From contig NC_135823.1 of assembly GCF_964213995.1 (NCBI RefSeq), positions 744,001 through 808,000 on the forward strand: 64,000 nucleotides of DNA, given 5' to 3'. The position numbers and the translations under genes are program-made. The stretch comes from Mustelus asterias (taxonomy: Eukaryota). Shown here in pieces: positions 35,320 through 48,225 of the stretch; the stretch's first letter is position 1; every line of letters begins with the position of its first letter. The notes beneath the pieces were generated by a model that saw only the letters and a list, made by a program, of their open reading frames with translations, made no database searches and was not told the DNA's origin.

Positions 35320-36540
35320 AGAACCATAGAAAATTACAGCTCAGAAACAGGGCTTTTGGCCCTTCTTGTCTGTGCCGAACCATTTTTTGCCCAGTCCCAC
35401 TGACCTGCACTTGGACTACATCCCCCCACACCTCTCTCATCCATGAATCCGTCCAAGTTTTTCTTAAATGTTAAAAGTTTACCACTTTACCACTTTATCC
35501 GGCAGCTCATTCCAAACTCCCACCACTCTCTGCGTGAATATGCCCTCCACCTAATAGTCCCTTTAAACTTTTCTCCTTTCACCCTTAACCCATGCCCTCT
35601 TGTTTTTTCTCCCCTAGCCTCAGTGGAAAAAGCCTGCTTGCATTCACTCTATCCATACCCATCAAAATCTTATACACCTCTATCAAATCTCCCCTCATTC
35701 TTCTACACTCCAGGGAATAAAGCCCCAACCTATTCAATCTCTCTCTGTAACTCACCTCCTCAAGTCCCGGCAATTTCCTTGTGAACCTTCTGTGCACTCT
35801 TTCAAACTTATTTACATCCTTCCTGTAACTCGGTGACCAAAACCGTACACAATACTCTAAATTCGGCCTCACCAATGCCTTATATATCCTTACCATAACA
35901 CTCCAACTTTTATACTCGATACTCCGTTTTATAAAGGCCAATGTACCAAAGCCACTCTTTACAACCCTATCCACCTGTGACGTCACTTTTAGATAATTCT
36001 GTACCTGTATTCCCAGATCCCTCTGTTCATCTGCACTCTTCAGAGTCCTACCATTTACCCTGTACGTCCTACTTTGGTTTGTCCTTCCAAAGTGCAATAT
36101 CTGACACTTGTCTGCGTTAAATTCCATTTGCCATTTTTCATCCCATTTTTCTAGTTGGTCCAAATCCCTCTGCAAGCTTTGAAAACCTTCCTCACTGCTC
36201 CGTACGCCTCCAATCTTTGTATCATCAGCAAATTTGCTGATCCAATTTACCACATTATCATCCAGCTCATTGATATCGATGACAAACAACAATGGACCCA
36301 ACACTGATCCCTACGGCACACCACTAGTCACAGGCCTCCAGTCAGAGAAGCAATCCTCCACAACCACTCTCTGGCTTCTTCCATTGAGCCAGTGCCTAAT
36401 CCAATTTACTACCTCCCCATGTATACTCAGCGACTGAACCTTCTTAACCAACCTCCCATGAGGGCCCTTGTCAAAGGCCTTGCTGAAATCCAGGTAGACA
36501 ACATCCACCGCCTTCCCTTCATCCACTTTCCTGGTAACTT
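35320..36540 (-). mobile_element. CR1 LINE RT/3' fragment
   Basis: [33 protein letters not shown]. Confidence 0.9.
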
Positions 36541-37469
36541 CCCACAGTCCACAAAATGTGCAGGTTCGGTGGATTGGCCTTGCTAAATTCTTCCTGAGTG
36601 TACCCGAACAGGCGCCGGAGTGTGGCAACAACGGGATTTTCACAGTAACTTCATTGCAGAGTTAATGTAAGTCTACGTGTGACGCTAACAACTAAAAGTA
36701 AAAAACTCGCTCTCGTCTCCAGGTTTTCATTCCTGACCATTCTTCTGTAGATTTCGTGATGTGGATTTTGATGTTCTCATCTGCTTGGGCATGTTGACCC
36801 GTTTCCAGATCTGTCATGCTCATCGAATTTCTATTCTTTATCCTTATTGGATATTAGATTCCGCACAGAGGCTGGTCGGGAGAGGTTGTTCAAGTTGATT
36901 TTCTTTATGGTACCACAAGTAACTTAAATGAACATTGCAATTAATTACTTTGGAAACCCCATAGTGGCCAAAATCCGGCTCCTGTTAGGCTACAATGAGG
37001 AAGAATTTAGTATGAGCAATGAGCCGAACCAGTAAGACTTTCGAGCTGTGGGGGAAACTGGGGCACCTGGAGGAAACCTGCATAGACACGGGGAGAACAT
37101 GCAGACTCTGCACACACATTCACCCAAGGCCAGAATTGAACCCGGATCGTTTGCGCTGTGTGGCAGCAGTGCTAAACCTTGTGTCATCATGCTGCCCACA
37201 GTTCATAGCCATCGCTTTGAAATATTCAATGCAGTTTCTTGTTTCAGATATCCATGTGAAGAGATACCACAGTGGAAGGCGAGGAAGAGAAACGTTTTGT
37301 AAAACTTACTTATCGTCTCGTTGTATCTGAGACCATCTCAAAAGCTATTCATTCTCAAAGCTATTCCCATGGTACAGATCTTTCAACAATTTCCACTGTC
37401 GTTTCGGATTTATTATTCGTGCGGTTAACATTCCAACCTCATGGTTTATTTATTTGCAGTAACTAATGG

Positions 37470-37870
37470 CTGAATGTCATCGCTTTCAAGAAGCGTAGTG
37501 AAAGGCATGCCCCTGTCTGATGAAATGGAATTGGTCGAGAGCTTCAAGTTTGTTGGTCTCCACATCACCAACAACCTATCCTGGACCCTCCACACCGACG
37601 CTATAGTTGAGGCAGTCTACCAACGCCTCTAATTTCAGGAAGCTAAAAAAATTCTGCATGTCCACGACGACTGTCAGCATTTTTTACAGATGCGCCATAC
37701 AAACCCCTCTTTCTGGATGCATCACAGCTTTGTATGGCCCTGCTCTGACCAAGACGGCAAGAAACGACAAAGGGTTGTGAACATAGCCCACTATTTCACG
37801 CAAATCAACCTCCCATCTATTGACTCCGTCTATACTTCCCGTTGCCTTGGAAAAGTAGGCAGCATTAACG
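37470..37870 (+). mobile_element. Rex-Babar LINE fragment
   Basis: Reverse-complement similarity to 12990-13370. Confidence 0.7.
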
Positions 37871-40800
37871 TCCTGCTGTCCTCCTCGAGATCCTCCTCGA
37901 GATCCTCAGCCTAAATGTTCCGAAATAAAGGAGGATTGACCCTGATCCAATCAGTGCGTGAGAGAGCAGGATACAATCTTAATGTATAGGACGCTATGGC
38001 ACAAGTGTGTATTAGTGTCTAAGAAGGCGGTGAAAATTTAGAAATGTATAGAACAGGTGACATAAAGTGTATTTCTTAATGGCACAAGTAAGTTTACATT
38101 GACACTGCAACGAGTTTACTGTCCAAAGCCCCTAGCTGCCAAACTCTGGCGCCTGTTCAGGTACATTGAGGGATAATTTAGAATGGCCAGTTCCCCGAAG
38201 CAGCATGTCTGTCCGACTTTGGGACGAAACTAGAGCGCCCGGAGGAAACGCACGCAGAGGGCAGAATGTGCAGACTCCACACAGACAGTGACCCATGCCA
38301 GGAATCGAACTCAGGTTCCTGGCGGTGAGGCAGCAGTGCTAACCAAGCTGCCAACATGCATAAGATTATGTGCAAGAGATAAAGGAAAGAAAATAAAGTG
38401 ATTTGACATGTGCGAGTGTGTGCGTGTTTCAGTGAGAGAATTCCTTATTGTATAGAATACTGACCCTGACTGAGAGAAAATGGATGTATCGCATTGTTTG
38501 TGCGTGCTTCTGCGGGTATGTCTTTGTCTGTGTGTATGTCTATGTATGTGAGAGGGGGACAGGGAAATGTGTGATAGAGAATGAGAAAATTAGAATTAAT
38601 TCATTGAACAGAGACTTTTGTGATTAGGTGCGTGGGAAAAGTTATGAATGTTTATGAAATAATTAATGATTTGACCCCATTAAAAATCTGTCGAGCCACA
38701 TCCGCTTTAAATGAAAAAAACGAAACTGAATGTTTCAACAAGACCAATTAATCCGCATTTTTATAATTTCTTGTCTTTTATCAAAAATATTTTGCGCATT
38801 GTCTTACAGTGCCTCTGTTTAATCATTTTTTCCTTTGTCATAGAGCAGGGCGGCATGGTGGCACAGTGGTTAGCAGAGCTTCGTCACTGCCCCAGGGAAC
38901 TGAGTTCGAATCCCGGCTTGGGTCGTTGTCTGTGTGAATTTGCACGTACCTCCCGTGCCTGCGTGGGTGTCCTCTGAGTAGTCTGATGTCTTCCCACAAA
39001 CATGTGTAGGTTAGGTGGATTGGGCATGCTAAATTACCGCTTCGTGTGCCAATATCTGTAGGGAGTTTAGCCGGGTAAATACAAGGGGTTACAGAGTAGG
39101 ACCTGGGTAAAATGTTTATGAGAGAGTTTGTGCAAATTCGATGGGCCGAGTAGCCTCCTTCTACACCTCCGGATTATATGTATACATGCAGCACCTTGGC
39201 GCACCCTGAACAGGTTCAAGATTGTGAGGAATCACATAGAGATTGATTGATAAGTTCAGAATGCGACCGGATAAAAGTGCTTGGGAAACGCCAATTACTG
39301 CAGGTGCTGGAATTCTGAAGCCAAAAGTGCTTCGACAAAGGGTCATCTGGACTCGAATGTCAGCTCTTTTTTCTCCATACAGATGTTGCCAGACCTGCGA
39401 GATTTTCCAGCATTTTCTCTTTTGGTTTCAGAATGATACAATCGCGCCCCTGGCGGCTCCTTGAAAGAGTTTCCCTTCAGTATATTTGTTCAAAGAGACA
39501 GATCATCTTCAGAAATTAGGTGAAGATGATAAAGTATTCGCCAAAAATTCCGTGTGCTGTCCTATGCAAAATACATAAATGGTTCCAGCCCTATTTTGGA
39601 AAGCAGCCAGTCATTTTCACAGTTGGATAGAGCAATAGCGGCATATTTCCACAATGTCCAGCGTCTGGCAAAGGCCTCTATCAGGAACAAAGTCCGTGCA
39701 GAATTCTAAACGATAAGAATTTCCCTTCCCTCTCTATTCTGAAGATGCCTGACGTTGGCTATTTGATTTCAGTAAATGATTTGTCGTTATTGATCGATGT
39801 TGGACTCCCCCTCCTCCCCCCCCCCCCCCCCCCCCGCCCCCCAGCACGGGGACGTGGCCAGTGTTTGGCAAAGAAAGAGAAAAGGGAAAAGGGGGCGTGC
39901 AATATTTGACTGCGGGGGCCTCAATGATAGTGAAATGCATGAGTAGATTTAGAGCGGCACGGTGTGGTCTGAGCGAGAAATTGCAACAACCACAGAAAGT
40001 TCAACACTCTGAACAATGTTAAAGAAATACTTTATTCCTTCTCCCTCTTGCAATATCCTGACTCTACATTAGCTGCTCATTCCCTTAATTCCTCAAAAAC
40101 ATGGATCTTTGCCTTCAATGCTCTCAACGATTGAACATCTAGAACTCTCTGCGGTAGAGCATCCCAAATGCTCACAAACCTATGAATGAAGAGCTTTCCC
40201 CTAATCTCAGTCCTTATGCTGAGACGATGATCGCTGTGTTCCTGACTCACCACCAAGTGACAAGCAAGTTCTCCATATTAATCCTGAAATCCCAGCCTCA
40301 ATCTTTTCATTGAACAGTATTACGCTTCTGAACTCCAGCGAACCTCAACCAATCTAATGAATCGCTCCAGATAGGACAAACCTTTCCTGTCAGAAATCAA
40401 CAGGAATCAGAAATCCCACCTGGATAGCAAATGCAGCTTTTCTCGGCAGGAAAAAAACTAAACGACACTCAGTATTCCTGGCATAATTTCAATGACGCGC
40501 GATACGTTTGCAGTATTTATTCCCACTCTGCCTGTCTTAATACATCGAACAATCGCAGTTAACCCCAACAATGAAATTCCTTTCCAAATTGTTTGAGATA
40601 TCTGCTGGGTAATGTTCTCAGTGTCTTGCACAAGAACACCCCCTATTGGAATGATAAAATTCCGACACTGCGGAAAGAAGCCATTTGGCCCATCGAACTG
40701 CTCCTCCAGGCCCGATTCCCGTAACCTCAGATATTTACCCAGTTTTTGTCCCTGACACAGAGGGAAAATTCAGCACGGTCAACCAACCTAACGTGCACAT

Positions 40801-41879
40801 GTTTAGGCTGTGGGAGGAAACAGGAGCACCCGCGGGAACCCCATCCAGACGCGGGAAGAACGTGCAAACTGCACACAGGCAGTTAGCCAAGGCCAGAATC
40901 GAATCCAGGGCCCTGGCTGTGAGGGAGCAGTGCTAACCAACGTACCACCATGCCGCCCGTACCTGAATACCGGACTGTCCAAATCCTTCAACCTTTAAAT
41001 ATCCTGATATTCAGATATTTCCACTCAAGTGGATAGTTTCGCATTTTTGTAAAGGAATCTCTACCTGCCACTTGACTGGTTAATTGATTCGGGTGACAGT
41101 TAGAACGGAAATGGAGAGTGGTAAGCACAAGCCAGCAACAACAGATGTTATTTGAACCTAACGTAATATATAGTGTGAGAACATACTCTATGGAAATGAA
41201 CTGAGCAGAAAGAGCCAATACAGCTCCATTAAAGTGGAATCCTGCCCGATAAATATGATTGAACATTTTAAGGAAGTCACGAAGGATATAGATAGTAGAC
41301 TCTCCACGAATGCAAGGTGGCACAGTGATTCGCATTCAGATTAGTAACTGGAGTGTGTGCTCCGGTTTCGTCCCGTGCCCCAAAGGTGTGCAGGTCAGGT
41401 TGATTGGCCATCGTAAATTGTGCCTTAGTGATAGGGGGATAAGGAGGGTAAATATGTGGTGTTACGGGAATAGGGCCTGGGTGAGCTTGCAATATCGATG
41501 GGCTGAATGGCCTCCAATGGCACTGTAAATTCAGTAATAATGTGCATGGTTTTCCCACAAGATAGTCAGTAACGTACAAGATAACCGATTATTGTCCAAC
41601 TAAGCACTGCATGCAATTCGAACGTTCGGATTCTGGTTGCAAATTGACTGAGAGATTGGGGATAGAGAGTGAGGACAAAATGGTTGCTGGGAAGTGACGA
41701 CTGCCCTTCACCAGGGGTTTTTTGAGATGCCTTTGACATATCTAATAATGGTTCAGATGAAAAAATAGAGAGTTGTAATTCTGCGTTTTATATTTCTGTG
41801 GTAGGAGGGAACGTGAGCACGTAGAGGGCAGGAGCTGTCATCTCCAAGCGGACACATACAGGTTGTGAAGCAGTGGACA

Positions 41880-43300
41880 CAAGTGAGGTCCCACAGGATT
41901 GGAGGATAGCAAATGTGTTCCCGTTATTTTAGAAGGGTAGCGAGGATAACCCGGGTAATTCTAGGCCGGTGAGCTTGACGTCCATGGTAGGGAAATTGTT
42001 GGAGAAGATTCTTAAAGATAGGATATATGCGCATTTAGAACTGAAGAATCTCATTTGCGATAAACAGCATGGTCTTGTACGAGGGAGGTCATGCCTCACA
42101 AATTTGGTTGAGGTTTTTGAGGAGGTGACAAAAACGATTGTCGAGGGAAGGGCCGTGGATGTCATCTATAGGGATTTTAGTAAAATGTTTGACAAGGTCC
42201 CTCATGGCAGGCTGGTGCGGGATAAAAGCTGAGCTGGCTCGATGGGCGGAGAACTGGCTTAGCCATAGAAGACAGAGGGTAACAGTGGAGGGGTATTTTT
42301 CCGGTTGGAGGTTTGTGACTAGTGCTGTTCCGCAGGGCTCTGTACTGGGATCTCTGCAGTTTGTGATATATATAAATGATTTGGAGGAAGATGCAGCTGG
42401 TGCGATCAGTAAGTTTGCGGATGACAGAAAGATTGCTGGAGTTGCGGATAGTGATGAACATTGTCAGAGAATACAGCAGGATGTAGATAGGCTGGAACAT
42501 TGGGCAGAGAAATGTCAGCTGGAATTTAATCCAGGTAAATGTGAAGTGATGCATTTCGGTAGATCTAATGTAAGGGAGAGCTATACAATAAATTGCAGAA
42601 TCATCAGGAGCATAGACACACAGAGGGACCTGGGTGTACAAGTCCACAGATCCTTAAAGGTGGCAGGACAGTTGGAGAGGGTGGTGAAGAAGGCATATGG
42701 CATGCTTGCCTTTATTGGACGGGGCATAGAATATAACAGTTGGCATATGATGTTGCAGCTTTATAGAACGTTGGTTAGGCTACGTTTGGATTACTGCGTC
42801 CAGTTCTGGTCGCCACACTACCAGAAGGACATGGAGGCTTTGGAGAGTGTACAGAAAATATTTACCAGGATGTTGCCTGGCATGGGGGCCTGGTATGAGG
42901 AGAGATTGGGTAAACTGGGGTTGTTCTCCCTGGAAAGACGGAGGATGTGGGGCGACCTAATAGAGGTGTATAAAATTATGAAGGGCATGGATAGGGTGAA
43001 CAGTGGGAAGCTTTTTCCCAGGTCGGAGGTGACGAACAGAAGGGGTCACGGGTTCAAGGTTCAACACAGACGTCAGGGGGGCGTATTTTACACATAGGGT
43101 GGCGGGGGCCTGGAATGCACTGCCAAGCATGGTGAACGAGGCAGACACGTTGGGATCGTTTAAGACTTATCTAGATAGCCACATGAACAGACTGGGAATA
43201 GAGGGATACAAACGAATGGTCTCGTTGGGCACATGAGCGGCGCAGGCTTGGAGGGCCGAAGGGCCTGTTCCTGTGCTGTATTGTTCTTTGTTCTTTGATC
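41880..43300 (+). mobile_element. CR1 LINE RT/3' fragment
   Basis: [28 protein letters not shown]; same tail as the 30625 and 61340 copies. Confidence 0.9.
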
Positions 43301-43449
43301 ATTCGTGAGCGTTGTGATGGGTGGGACCGGGGGGGGGGGGGGGGGGGGGGGAGATAGACTTTGTACACTCCTGTTCCCATTGCCCTGGGGTAGGCAGATA
43401 AGTTTCTGATAGTGGATAATCATGTCTGTCAACTGGTCAAAGAAACATT

Positions 43450-43960
43450 GCAACAAAATAAAAACTAGAAACAGGAGTAGATCATTGAGCCCTTCTAGCC
43501 TGCTCAGACATTCATTTCGTCCGTGGCTGATCATCCAATTCAATGTCCTTTCCGCCCTTCCCCACATATCTCTTGATCCCTTTAGCCCCAAGAGCTACAT
43601 CTAATTTCTTCTTGAAATCAGACAATGCTTTGGCCTCATCTACATTCAGTGGTAATCGATGCCACACATTCGTCACCCTCTGCGTGAAGAAATTGCTCCT
43701 AATCTCAGTTCTAAAAGGTTTACCCCTTATCCTCAAACTATGAGCCCCTAGTTCAGCACTCTTCCATCTTTGAGAACATATTTGTCTGAATCTACCCTAT
43801 CTAACCCTGTTTGAATTTTTAAAGTTTCTCTGAGAACCCCACTCACTCTTCTGAACTCCAGTGAATGCAATCCTAATCGATTTAGTCTCGCCTCGTATGA
43901 CAGGCCTGCCATGCCAGAAAGCAGCCTGGCAAACTTGTGCTGTAAACCCTCTCGAGCAAC
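43450..43960 (-). mobile_element. CR1 LINE 3' fragment
   Basis: FRTEIRSNFFTQRV. Confidence 0.75.
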
Positions 43961-44024
43961 ATTGACAAATAGTGATATCACTGAGGATGTGTAGGCATGC
44001 GGTTTTTCGATGGTAGATGAGTGA

Positions 44025-44390
44025 GTAGGGGAGGCGATGTCCGAGTGGTATTTTCACTGGACTTGTAATTTACAGACTCAGCTAATGTTCTGGGGTCCCG
44101 GGTTCGAATTCTGCCACGACAGATGATGAAATCCGTATTCAATATAAGAATTCTGGAGGTAAATATCTACTGATGACCACGTAACCAACGTCAATTATTG
44201 AAAAAGAAACACCTGATTCACAACTGTCCTTTAAGGAAAGAAATCTGCTGTCCTTACTTGGTCTTGCCTGCATGTAAATCCAGAGCCACCGCAATACGGT
44301 TGAGCTTCAAATGCCCTCGGACACCTAAGGATGTGCAATAAGTGTTGGCCAGCCAGTAACATCCATGTCCCACGAATGAAGAAAAAGGTA
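44025..44390 (+). mobile_element. Second SINE family (tRNA-like head; GGAAATCTGC..CCTTACCTGG..GGCC core)
   Basis: Copies at 17340-17790(-), 20020-20240(-), 32995-33320(-), 54520-54730(+), 63375-63740(+); family name not assigned. Confidence 0.7.
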
Positions 44391-45190
44391 GGAACATATC
44401 TGGAAATTAATCAGGTCTGGTAATTATGTGAACGGTAATCATGTGGGCAAACCAGTATAATCCAGAAACTGCTACTTAAATAGGACTGTCTGCGAAATAA
44501 TTTGATGTGCTTTCTATCCAGTGCCGCACTGAAACATATTGATTGTTACTCGATTGTGACTGCTGGTCCATATTAAAGGGAAGGGTGCGGATTATCCTGA
44601 ACACAGTTACTTTTGCAGCTCTGAATTGAGAACTTTTCTGGATCTGTGTTCGATCAGTGTGTGTCACTTATGGTACACTACAAGAAGACCAACTTGGCTT
44701 TGTAATAAATACACCGAAAACTGCAAGATACCGATTAAAGCTGATTTCCCTGAAGCAGCAACAGCGTCATTATATAAAATCAATTTTATTTCACATAGCC
44801 AATCGTGAAGGTCTGGATTGCGCTCTCTGAGAATGTGATGGGAACCGATTGAATCGAGGCATTCAAATTAGAATTGGATTATTTTGTAAATGCAGGGCTT
44901 TGGGAAAAGCCAGTGGGTGGGGCGAGTGCTGTTCCAGAAAAGACAAAGGAAAGTAGGTAATCGGAACCGAGAACGGGGACGAAATTTCAAAAGGCCGAGT
45001 TGGCTCTCACATTCCGTTAGATCATGAATGATTCCCGACCTGATCCGCACTTTCTCAGAGGATCACAATTTCCTTGATGTCATTAGTCTGTAGAAATGAA
45101 GCAAATATGAACACTGTGGAGGCGATTTTACTATTTTTTCCCTCAGTGATGAGCGGACTTGAACCTGGAAGAATTTCAGATCCGGCTTTT

Positions 45191-45900
45191 GGGCGTATTT
45201 TCACCCCCACCTTCGCATTCTGTCTGCAAAGATATCAGCAAGCTGGCTGCAGAAACCCGTGGGCGGGGCTTAACGCGCCCGAAGTCCGAATGAGGGACGG
45301 AATGCGGATGCCTCTGATGCTGGACATGCGCATTAGCTGTTGCAGGGGTCTGCCTGAAAGGACAGAGCTGTCAGCCCCTGCTGCTGCAGGCAATCTGAAG
45401 AAGCTACCCCTCTGCAATCGCGGTGGCCCGCGATTCGAGATGCAATCTCGACGACATCCCCCCACTCCCCAGACCGATAGCGGATACACCGCCCTCCACT
45501 CACGGATTTCGGACCCGCTGCCCTCCGCCCACCGATCCCTGCAGAGTGACAGCGGGCCCCCGCTCCCTCCCTCTCTCCCTCCGATAGCTGCAGAGTGGTA
45601 GCGGGCCCCATTCCCCCATTAGCCCCTGTCCATTCGTCTTTCCCCCATCATCCACATCCCCTTCGGCCCCTCCCCATTAGCCACTCCCGCATTAGAACTT
45701 CCCCCATTATCCAATCCCTCATTAGACCCTCCGCCATTAGCCCCTTCCAATTAGCCTCTCTGCCAGTAGCCCCTCCTCCCATTGGCCCCTCATCCATTGA
45801 CCCCGCCCCCACTGGCCCCGCCCCCATTAGCCCCGCCTCCTGCACTGCCCAGTGAGCATTGCCCAGGACTCCAACTTCCCGTTTTACAGTTAAAATTGCC
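45191..45900. mobile_element. Putative non-autonomous DNA transposon (MITE-like) with internal CCCCATTAG minisatellite
   Basis: GC-rich island bounded by imperfect TIRs GGGCGTATTTTCAC ... GTTAAAATTGCC; repeated CCCCATT(A/G)G units at 45606-45840. Confidence 0.5.
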
Positions 45901-46039
45901 AATATCTCATTGAAGAAATAATCTGCCTTTCTGTTATTATTTGCAAAGTGAACGTAGGCATTCAGACCAATGTGTGACCGGGCATTGTGCTACTCTCTAC
46001 GCATGACGTACGATTCTAAAGAGGATCATTAACATGGCG

Positions 46040-46880
46040 AAATGGAAACATAGAAAATCGAAGCTGAAGCAGACCTTTCGACCCTTTGAGCCTGTCACCA
46101 ATTCATTTTGATTAGGCGTGATTACCGAATGCAATATCTTGATCCAGCCATATCCTTTCAACCCTTTAGCCCCAAGGGCCAGATTTAATTTCTTCTGGAA
46201 GTCACACAATGTTTGGAGCTCAACTACTTTCTGTGGTTGCGAATTCCACACATTCATCACTCTCTGGTTGAAGAAATTTCTCCTCATCTCAGTTGTGAAA
46301 GGTTTACTCTTTATCTTTAAGCCATGGCCCCTTGTTCGGGACTCCACGGACATGGGGAATATTCTTTGTGAATCTACCCGTCTAATCCTGTTAGAATTTT
46401 AAAAGTTTTCATGAGATCCCCTCTCACTCTTCTGAACGCAAGTGAATATAATCCGAACGGATTTAGTCTCTGCACGTATGACACGCCTGCCATCCAAGGA
46501 TTCAGGCTGGTAAACGTTTGTTGCACTCTGTCTATACAAGCACATCCTTCCTCAGATCAGGACACCAAAACTGCACCCAGTACTCCAGGTATGGCCTCGC
46601 TAATGCCCTGTACAATTGCCGCAAAACACTCCTATTCCTGAACTCAAATCCTCTCACTGTGCAGGCGAAGAAACAATTTGCCTTCTTTACTGCCTGCTGT
46701 ACCTGCGTGCTTACTTCGAGCTACTGATGCATGAGGACAACAAGGAATAGCTGCGTATCCACCTCTCTCAACTTACACCCATTCAAATAATAATCTGCTT
46801 GCCTATTTTTGCTACCGAAGTGGATAATCTCACGTTTATGCACATGATGCTGCATCTGCCACATATATGCCCACATTGCC
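46040..46880 (-). mobile_element. CR1 LINE 3' fragment
   Basis: SRTRGHGLKI..EMRRNFFNQRV. Confidence 0.8.
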
Positions 46881-48225
46881 AGACTCTTTGTTGTAAAGTG
46901 ATTCAGTACAACTTAATTCCAAAGTGCTTAAAGGATTGAGATGCATGTGGTCATAAGCTTCCTCAAACAGCTCCGTTTAAGGATCATCTTAAGGAGGGAG
47001 AGATGAGAAATTATTTCGGGAGAAAATTCCAGAGCTGAGGTCCGAGTCAGCTGACTACATAACAGGCAAGTTTGCAGGGCTGGAAATTGACTGATATTAA
47101 AGAGACCAAAATCGATTCCATGTCTCATTTCCAGAGTAGTTCGAGCGCCCTGGATTTCTAACTCTCAATTCTCCGTTCTTGAGAATTCGGCAGATGATCC
47201 CTGTCGTTACACTGTGCCATGCCGAAGGAGCAATGCACTGTTGCTAAGATGATGTTTTTGGGAAGGAGGTATTCAGGTGAGGCCCCGCCTGCCAATCTGG
47301 TGTATATGTAAAAGTGTAAAATGACCCTATATCAAAAGAGAGCAAGGACAGGATTCTGGACTAGTATTGATCTCTTATCAAAGAGGGGGCGATGGCCCAG
47401 TGCTTGTATCGCTAGAGTACTAATCCAGAAATTATGTTTGTGGTCTGGATACCCGGGTTCTAATCCTGCCTCGGCAGATGCTGGAATTTGCAACTGTATA
47501 AAAGTTTGGTCAGGTCGCCCTTGGATTATAGCTTTCAATTCTGGTTGCCACATAAGAAGAAGGGTGTGGAAGATTTGGAACAAGTGCAGAAGAGGTTTAT
47601 CAGGATGCTGCCTGGGGTTTAAGCTATAAGGGGGACTGTACAAGCTAGGGTTGTTTCCTCTGGAGGGGCAGGCTGAGGGGAGACCTAGAATCAAATTATG
47701 AGAAGCATAGATCGGGTTGGCAGTCAGATTTTTTCCCCAGAGTTGAAATTCACGTAACGTGAGAGGAGGGACGTTCAAAGGGGATGTGAGGGGCAGGTTT
47801 TTACACAGAGAGTGGTCGATCTCTGGACGCCCTTACAGGGGCGTTGGTGCTGGTAAATACGATCGGAGAATTTAAGCATTTAAATAATTGTAGGGGCCTG
47901 AAAAAAAAGGATCAATGAAAGAAAAATGAAACGAGTGTGTTTTCTTGAAATATGCGTACATTTAATGAAAAAAGACATTTACCATTGTTCTTTGTTTTCT
48001 TGTGAGTTTCAGTATCCTGTTTACTGGGCCAAATACCGTGAACAGATACTGTTTGTTTGAGTGATGTAAGCTAAGCCAATCCGTTTTCTAGTGAGCTGCA
48101 CTTTAAGCCAATCAGATTACTTGGGGAGGGAGGGGAAAAGAAAAACGGCGGGAGGCAGAGGAAGCTGCAGTGGGGAGACACACGTGGGGAAGAGGAACAG
48201 TTTCCCTGCGGTAAAAAATCCCAGT

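Noticed and set aside
45074-45902. 175-aa ORF and Pro/Gly-rich ORFs
   Set aside because: They arise from a GC-rich TIR-bounded repeat and its minisatellite; no recognisable domain.
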